Shown: positions 13,447 to 21,900 of the stretch, piece by piece
Position numbering within the stretch: position 1 is the stretch's first letter
Layout of the letters: the number at the start of each line of letters is the position of its first letter
Assembly: GCA_048213135.1 (NCBI GenBank)
Contig: PS015136.1
Span: forward strand, 80,190 to 122,979
Length of the DNA: 42,790 bases
Reading direction: 5' to 3'
Origin: Reclinomonas americana ATCC 50394
Taxonomy: Eukaryota
Notes under the pieces: generated by a model
Databases searched by the model: none
The model's input: only the letters and a program-made list of their open reading frames with translations
Told to the model about the DNA's origin: nothing
Program-made: the position numbers and the translations under genes

Positions 13447-15619
13447 GTGTGTGTGTGTGNNNNNNNNNNNNNNNNNNNNTTGTGTGCTTGTGTGCTTGTG
13501 TCTCTTAGATCGAGAGAAAGGAGTTCAGTCGGAGAGTGGTGGTATGTGTGAGAGAGTGAAAGAGAGAGATAGGTACGAGAGATATCAACCGTTTCTTTCG
13601 ATGTGCTGTTGTCGTTGGTCCTCTGTGTTCGTTTTGTAGATGAGGAGGGCTGAGGGGAGAAGTGAGGCAAGGGGGATGTTGACCTTCTTGCTTTTTTGCT
13701 TTCATTATTGATCTTGTTGTGTGTGCGTGCACGGGAGTTGACCTTCTCCGTCTTGCTTTCCTCATTGATCGCTTTGTATTCGCCCACTCTGTGTACTTGT
13801 GCCTGTGCGTGCTTCGGGACACATACATACGCAGCGTGATCTTCCTCTTCTCATCCCCACGCTGCCCCTCCCGCTCACTTCTCCTCTCTGTTCTCTTTTT
13901 GCATCATCACCCTCCTCATTCCCTCCACCCTCCCCCTGTTCCGTCCTCTCCCTCTTCACCTTCTGTATTCCGGTTCCGTCATCCCCTTCCGTCTCCCTCC
14001 TGATAAGAGGCGTCGACCAAGCGTTGGAGCTCCCCCTTTCTCTTTCGCTGTCCGTCTTCTCTATCCGTACCTCTGTCTCTATTCTCACTCCGATTCCCAC
14101 CACCAGATACGCCGCCTACGCCGGATACCCGGGAGCAAGCGCCGCGGCTCCAGCACAGCAGGTAAATGGCGGTGATTGGCCAGCGTTAGTTGCACTCACT
14201 CGCGTTTGGGAAGGGGGGTGTGTTCACTGACTCTCCAGTTTGTATCAATGGGATCCAGTGGTCTTCCGTCTTGTTTCTCTTTCTGTGTCGGCGTTGTTGA
14301 GTTGACTCACCTGCTAGTGTGCGCATAGAGAAGATAGCGGGAAGCGGGAGTGTTGTTACTCATGAAGCAGCTGTTTTTTGTTTCTGTTTAATTGTTGATA
14401 CTCACGCCTGAGCTCTGTGTTTGCGTTGGTGGTATTGTGCCTTGTTCTCGTGTTGGTTGTCACTCACTGCGCCCTCTTATTCACTGGGTGTGCACAGATA
14501 GTGAGAGGAGTTAATAAGGACTGGTGTCTGCTGATGCTCTTTCCTATTTTTCTGACTCACCTAAAATTTGCACATGAGAGACAGCGCGGATTGGCGATTG
14601 TAGCGAGCTCTATATTTGTTGTTGATTGGTACTCACTGTACTGCCGTGTGTGTGTTTGCATTTGCGCGACAGGCATTGGTTTCGAAGTTGCACTGTGTGT
14701 TCCTCATTTGCTCACTCCTGTGTTTCCGCACCTTGATTGTCACGAGAGAGATACATTCCCCTGTTGATACTTACCCTTGCCTGCGCGTCGCTCTGAGTGT
14801 GACCTATCTTGTTATTACTCACCTCCGGCGTGTGTTTGTTAGTGCAAGCGAGTGAGGCAGTGCGGTTGTATTGAGACTTGTTTTGTGTGCTCTGTTGGAA
14901 CTCACCTCCGTATTCGTCGAGCGCATACATTCTTCGCGGGTGTGCTTGGTTCACTCACTGGTTCAACGCGCTTGCTGCTGCGGCCGTTGTCTTTTCGTCT
15001 GTTTATGCAGTCCTCTGCTCCGCCTGGTCTCGAAGACGCGCCTGGCCACAACGACCAGCCGCTGCAGTTCGCACCGGGTGCACAGCCAGAGGTGATGTGA
15101 CTCAGCGATGCAAGTCCAAGTATGTGCACGCCACTCACAGCTGCAATCCGTGTGCATGCAGAAGTCGGCGTCCAAGCGTAGCATTGACCAGATCTCGGAG
15201 GCGGGACAGCCAATGGGCCCGAGTCGTCCCACCGCCGAGGAGATGCAGCTGTCGTATGGTCGAGGTTGGGGTTTCGGACGCGATCTTTGGCTTCATATTC
15301 CTTCTTTCCTGCTAGCTGACCGCGACACACAGGAGCGGATGCTGACGCGCCGGCGTACAAGCGTGCGCGCGTCGACCATCACTCTGCGTCGCACCAGCAC
15401 CAGCAGCACCAGTCGTCGAATCCGCTCGCCAGTCTGCGCAGCTACTCGGGCGAGGAAGGCGACGATGGGGCGAATGGAGTTGCGTTTTTCTTGGGGGTTG
15501 CCAGGCGTTTGCGTATGTTGTCGTGAACTCACGAGTGTCGTCATTGGGGAAAGCAGCAGCAGCAGCAGCAGCAGGCGTCGTCTGGCAGCGGACTGCCCTT
15601 CTGGGCTCAGCGGCCGTGA
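11197..15619 (+). CDS. KHDC4: KH-domain RNA-binding/splicing factor KHDC4 (BLOM7/KIAA0907, plant RIK-like), multi-exon
   Basis: Motifs RRKWD, [78 protein letters not shown] and AKKLTENLLATVR; Pro/Tyr/Gly-rich tail; C-terminal PFW motif (GLPFWAQRP*, TGA 15617-15619). Confidence 0.88.
11672..11834 (+). pseudogene. Decayed duplicate of the 3' half of KHDC4 exon 1, inside intron 1
   Basis: Matches 11377-11545: TATGATGGACAG, CCT run, GGAGAAGGxTGGTGGAG, AGATCxATGAG, GGCAGACGxAGxAGGA-GTG. The exon's ACG CAG has become ACG TAG. Confidence 0.75.
13367..13459. repeat. (TG)n microsatellite in a KHDC4 intron
   Basis: Directly visible; runs into an N gap. Confidence 0.95.
14194..14958 (+). promoter_or_regulatory. 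Intronic array of ACTCAC motifs (putative splicing-regulatory element)
   Basis: Nine exact ACTCAC at 14194, 14305, 14400, 14462, 14555, 14631, 14817, 14900 and 14953, plus variants, in intron 14162-15010. Confidence 0.55.
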
Positions 15620-15983
15620 TGGGTCAAGGGGGTGGAGTTTCTTTCGAGGCGTGTGTGTGACTTGTCGTGGGTGGATGTGGTGGATGTGGTGAGAGAGTGA
15701 GCGAGAGGGAGACGAGTAAAGAGTGCACATGTGTGAGTGGGGAACGTGAGAGAGGCAGTCGCTTCGGTTGAACTTTGAAATCCTGGGAGAAGCTTCCGGA
15801 ATTCATTCACAACTCAAATTGTGGTGCTGATGCAGTTGACGATTAGCAATACGAAGAATTGTGGGTTCGACAAGTACTGCTGTCGCCTCCTTTGTGATTG
15901 GCAGACTGACCGTTATTCTGTTGCATGACATTATTTGATGTTGCCGTACTGTACGTCATCAGACGTCTAGACAGTTTCACTAT

Positions 15984-18900
15984 TCAATTGTCTTGTTGAT
16001 ACGAGCGAAAGTGCTGGCGGTACCTCGAGTCCAACGACCGCAAAGCGATAACGTGCGCATTTGGCGGCGTCAGAAGTCGCGGCCACTGTGGTAACAAAAG
16101 AGGCGGAAGAGAAGGTGGTGCACGAGCTTGCACCCTGTGAACCCGACGTTGAAGAAGCGCCGTTGCAGCAGGTATCAAGAAGGCGTGGTTTATCGAGGGT
16201 GTTGGAGGCATCATTGCCGGTGCATTTCCGTGCCCTGCGGTTGTTGGAGACTGCAACATCACACACACGCACGCGTACACATCAAAGTCGCAAGTCAACG
16301 ATGAGAATTCGATACGCGCTGAGCGCAGCAAACTTCCTGCATGCAATATTGTGCAGGTGCTCGAATACCCACTCACCAGACGCACAAAGGGATCCGGTAC
16401 TCGCGATTCCTGGTCGTCGAGGGAGCCGGGGTCGATATCGAGAAATCCAAACGGCTTGAGCGCAACGCTTGACGGCGAAGCGGCAACTTTCGCCGTAGAG
16501 AAATGCGAGTCTCGAAGATGTCGCTGCCTGCGCCTTCGCATAACAAGGCAGTACCAGGTGAGGAATAGTATCGCGGCTATCAGCACCACGCTGCCAACCA
16601 CAGTCCCGACAACCTGAAAGGAGACGAATTGGACTTTGTTAGCTAAAGACTCCATGGACGAGCTGTGTTCGTGCGCAGCGCAGACGTAAATGACAGAACG
16701 ATTCCGACAAGAGACGATGCAGGAGTAGCTGATGCATCGACGGCATCACTCGCTTGCGTTGCGCTGCTTCTGTCTGCTACCGACAGCAGACCACCGTTCA
16801 CTGGCACAGAGTTGGTGGTCGAAAAGTGAAGAATGCAGAGCAGGTATGAGCCGGCAGTCGGAACCCTTACTGTGGCGGAGGCCATCATGCCGTCCATGCT
16901 GACGCTTGTAATGGTGGCTAAAACACCAGTCGAAGCGGACGACGAGCAGCCGGCACCAGCCGATGCGACGAAAATTTGGTCCCTTACGTCAAGAAACGCG
17001 CCGGTGATGCTGACCACAGACAGACTGCCGGTCGTGACACTGGTTGGTGAAAACCCTGTTGTCGATTGAATCACTTCTACAGCGAAAGTTAGTGTCAACA
17101 AATCATGCACGTGCGCATGCGCAGCGGTTGCAATCAGCCCTATACGTGCCTTGGACCAGCAGAGTCCCGCCGAGCAGCGTCGCTGGTGTGCTCGCTCCAT
17201 ACTGGACGCAAACGTGGTATGAGCCGACGATACTTGCAGTCACCAAAACGGTCAAGCTGCTGCCGTCACTAGGGGCAGCTGTGCTTCCAATGACGAATCC
17301 TGGTGAAGATACAAAAGGACGTCAGTCACTACTTGTTGAGAAACGCAAGTAAAAGTTGGCACTTGCATGAAGCAAAATTATTGTCGACCTGCTGTACCTG
17401 GCGCACTGATCAATCCACAAGCAGTTCCCAACACAATAAAGACGGAGTGCGTTGACAACAGTCCAGAGCCGACCACTGACAAAACTGTCGCAGACTGGCC
17501 AATAATCAGAGTTGACGGTGTAAACGAAATTGCTTGCGGCAGCGCTCCCGCTGCGAAGGGCGGTATCTTTGAGTGCTACAGCAGCTTGAGAATCCAAGGA
17601 TCTAATGATCAACTGTACCTTCGGCGGTGAGGTAGCCACTTATGTTGATGACACCACTGGCGACGCTGGATGTAGAGAGGCACAATTTGTAACGCTGCAC
17701 GGCTTCCAGTCGTACCGAAAACTGCAGAAGAGTCCGAGTGTTCAACACCGAGAGAGTCGCTACACCGGCTACAGCTCCGCTAGTTGAATTACCGCCCGCC
17801 ACACACGGTGACGAGATATCCACAATCGACAGCACGTCACTGGCACGAAGACCAGTTCCAGTTACTGTAAGAAGGGTTCCGGGAATTCCCGTACCCATGG
17901 TGGTGGGGGAAAATGCAATCACAGTGGCGTCTGTTGAAAATGCGATCAGTATTAAGATCTTAATAAGCGCAACAATACACATATCATAAGGTCCGCCAAA
18001 GTGACACAACTTTCACCGAGAATAAATGTCTCGGTTAGTTCACCACCTGCTCCATCAGTCGCTCGCACTTTCAACTCCAAATTAGTGCCGACAAGGTCCG
18101 CGACCGCCGACTTGAGGACATATCCGGCGAGGCGGAACAGTCCGGCTGCCGCACCGCCGACAAGTGACAACGACACTGCCTGTGACACATTCGCATCAAC
18201 AGTCGAAAACGTCGCGACAGTGGCATCAAGGGCAAGGTGTGGCTGAAACAGAGTGTTGGATATGGTGATCGAGCTGGGCGCCACGTTGGCTGTGTCGTTT
18301 GCAATTGCAATACGCATTTAGTAGTGTGTTTTGAGGACATAAAAACTTACGATGTACATACCTTCTGCAATCGTGAGCGTTTGTGTCACCGACAGCGCTG
18401 GTGTGCCATTGTCTGTCGAACTGATGCTCGCGGTGATAGGACCAGTGACTCCGCTCGCAGTCAACGTCAACTGGTCACCATTGATAGCAAGAATACCCGG
18501 CGGAATGCTTAGAGCAATCGTATAAGTGAACGACTGTGCAGTATTGCCGTCCACTGTCGACAACGTTCCGATGACTGAATTTGCAACGCTGGGTGGCACA
18601 AACGTCAAAGCCGATAATGCGATGGCACTGGGCGCCAAGTTCACTGTTTGTCGAGTTGAACAAGCGAAGAGAATTAGGTGGTAACATATAACATCTCTGA
18701 CGTTCGAGCAACAGACGTAAATCTGTACCTTCCGTAATTAGGAACCGACTTGACACCGAGGCGCCAGCAGAGTCCACCGATCTCACAATCACTTCCAGTG
18801 GACTGCCACGCAATCCGCTGACCGCGCTCAGCAGCTGCGTGCCCGACACACTAAATTTGCTTCCGTCAGCTCCTCCCCCAATCGAGTACGTAAACGATTG

Positions 18901-21900
18901 GCAACAGTTGTCGTCCACGGTTGACAATGCGCCAATTGGAACGCCGACTCCAAGGGGTGGCGAGTACGTCTGAAGTGACAAACTCACCGCCGTTGGTTGC
19001 ACGTTTGCTACCGGTACCGTGTGAAATTAAACATGTCGTCAGCAATTTTGTAGCGGCTAGCCATACGCGAGTTGCTTCTCTCCGTAAACATACCTTCACT
19101 AAATGTGAATGTTGCAGACGCAATACCGCCCGCACCGTCGCTTACAGTAACAGTGACTTGTAAATTGTTGCCAGTGAGGTTCGCCGCCACAGTGCGAAGC
19201 TTCAAGTCCGCTCCTAGTGAAAAGAGGGAAGCATTCGCGCCACCCGTAATTGAATACGTCAGAGTCTGACCAATGTTTGCGTCCGTGGCACTGACAGTTC
19301 CGAGAACGGTATTCATGACACATGGTACGCGATATACGTTGTCAGCAAGCCCCGCGACAGCGTTGGTGAATGTGAGGTTCGCTGGCGTGGCATTGGCTAT
19401 TATGCGTGAGCACGATGAGTGAACACGCCAATAAGGCAGGTACTGTTGTTTTGCTCATTGCAGCAAACCTTCGGTGACTGTGAAGGATTTCTCGGTGAAG
19501 AGTCCACCGGAGTCCGTGCTGCGGACCACCATGGACAGCGTGCCAGACTGACTATTGATCTTAATGTTCAGCGACGAACCAACAATGGTGACAGAGTTGC
19601 TCGGCGAGCTAGATCGGATTGTGTAGACAAACGAGTCACTGGCGTTTGCGTCCGTGGTAGACAGCAGTCCGATCACAGTATTTGCAGTCACGGGCGGCAA
19701 ATACGTCGTTGCCGAGAGCGCAATGTCTGTTGGCGCTACATTGACTGCGCAGGCAGCTTGAGACTTAGTCGCCAAGATAGATTCAGTGCACAGAACCACG
19801 CGCAACAGATGTCCGTACCCTCTGTCAGCATGAATGTAGTCAATGCGCCCGAGCCCTGATTGTTGCCAACCTGCACAGTCACCGACCGCGTGGGCCCCGT
19901 GACGCCTGCAGACGATCGAACTACAAGCTTGTTGCCCTGCATGGCAAAGAGGGCTCCGTCGAATCCAGACGACACTCTGAAATACGCCGTTGCAGGGTCG
20001 CATGCTGACAGGGGAATACTGACTGGAGTTGCGATACTCGGTGGAAATGACCAGCGCACTTGGACGAAGTCAACGCCCGTTTGCTCCTGTACACATTCAC
20101 AACACGATGCGAGTACGAGTGGATACAATGTAAATGCGTGACTCGAGCGCAGAATCACACAGTCGACCGACCTTGTGCCGAACTTGGAGGAGAATAACTT
20201 GTCCAGCGGTGAAGCTGAATGAGCTGGACTGTTGCGAGGGGTACTTGCTAAAGTTGCCAACAGTTGTGGAGGAATTCGGCGGGACACCGGCAACTTGCAC
20301 CAAGTCATTCGAGTCGGATGTTGTGCTCAAGAATAAAGCAGTCTCCTCGTCCCCAGCCACCCAGAACTGTTGAAGAGCAAGTGAACTCCCAATGCAGGCT
20401 TATCTTGTCAGGAAAAAGACGCAACAACGTATGTGTTCGTCGCCGGAATTGTAACGTATGCTGTCAACTGGGAAGCATAGTTGTCTGGGCACGATTGTGA
20501 TTGAGTTTTCGAGCTCACAGCACTTCAGGTGACGGTGTACGTACCTCCATCATTCGTCAGGAATTCGAACGGATTAGAAGACGAGAGAAGAGCTAGATTG
20601 CTTGTTGACGTACTGAGCGGCACAGACGCAAAGTCGGCACTTGCAATGTTCGGACCGTAAAGAGTTTCCCATCTTTCACGCAGCACACCCTTCGCAGTGG
20701 TGGGCGAACGAAGAGAGTTACCACTGTATGCATAAGAGACCTGGCAGGTCATTCATCGATGTCAGTTCAGCAGGTACAGATCATCTACATGAAAATTTCC
20801 TTCCATGTTTCAAACACACCGTGCCTATTAGTGACGGCGCGATGGCGCCAGGAATAAACGTCGAACTGCTGAGAGCCACGCCGCTGAATAGATTAACCTA
20901 CAGTTTTCCAAGTGCGTGTCAGCGACGCGCCTCCAATTGAATGAGCGCATGTAGCGCTGCGCAGTGCTGAGTATTTGTCGTGCCACTCACCGACTGGGAG
21001 ACGCTGAAAGCCAATCCGTTGGAATCTGTTACTTCGATAGTGATGGGGAATGTCCTCGCCGAAGGAGTGGCGGTTGCAATCAGTTGGTTTCCACTGACAA
21101 TGATCGGCTGGCCAGAGTCTGATAACAATTTATACGTGTACGACTCGCAGCAGTTGTCATCGCGAGCCTGGATTTCCGAGATGACGAATGGATACGATGA
21201 TGCTGGGACTGGAAAGTCGCGATTCAGCAGGCGAACATTCCAGCCCTCAACAGGAGCTGCGAACAAGCACATCGAAACTCTGAGTAGGAAATCGACAAAA
21301 TCGACGCAAGCAGACGTCGACACTATAACCGAGCTCACTTTCTGAAAATGTGTACGACACTGAAGTGAGTGTGCCACTGAGATCGTCACCCTCGACAGTC
21401 ACCTCGAGGGTGGGATTCATCGTCATAGGGTCACCTCGTAATCCACCAAGCTGATTCGCTTGAAGCTTGTTACCCGCAACAAGGAACTTGGCCTGCAGGA
21501 ATCGCACTGTTGAACAGCCAAGTTCCCTAGTGCAACACGGGCAGAAGAGCACACACCGCATGCATTCCACCAGTAATTTTCCACAGAACGACGCCGACCA
21601 GACACTGTGAAGCTGGAATAGTGGTAATAGCGTTGCTGCCGTACTGCCATCCCAAGCTGTCGTTTGGAGAGAGACATTAATTTCAACAGTGAACGATCAG
21701 AGTCAACACAATGACGGGAGTTCACTTGGTTTCTTTTCGAGCCTCGGTTAAAGCAAGACCCGAGCGAGAGAGACAAAAACTTCCAATAGTGAAGATAATG
21801 CAAAAGCAGATAACGTAGAAGCCAAAACGACCGTAGTCGCCGTGACCTGTATTGCCAATGGCCGCACGTAGCACACCACCATCGAGGNNNNNNNNNNNNN

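Noticed and set aside
14767-14930. U1 snRNA gene suggested by ATACTTACC
   Set aside because: No recognisable U1-70K loop (GATCACGAA), U1A loop (ATTGCAC) or Sm site follows.
21557-21656. Part of the mobile element's left end
   Set aside because: It is a host exon (LGWQYGSNAITTIPASQCLVGVVLWKITGGMHA) that completes PA14 copy 1 in frame.
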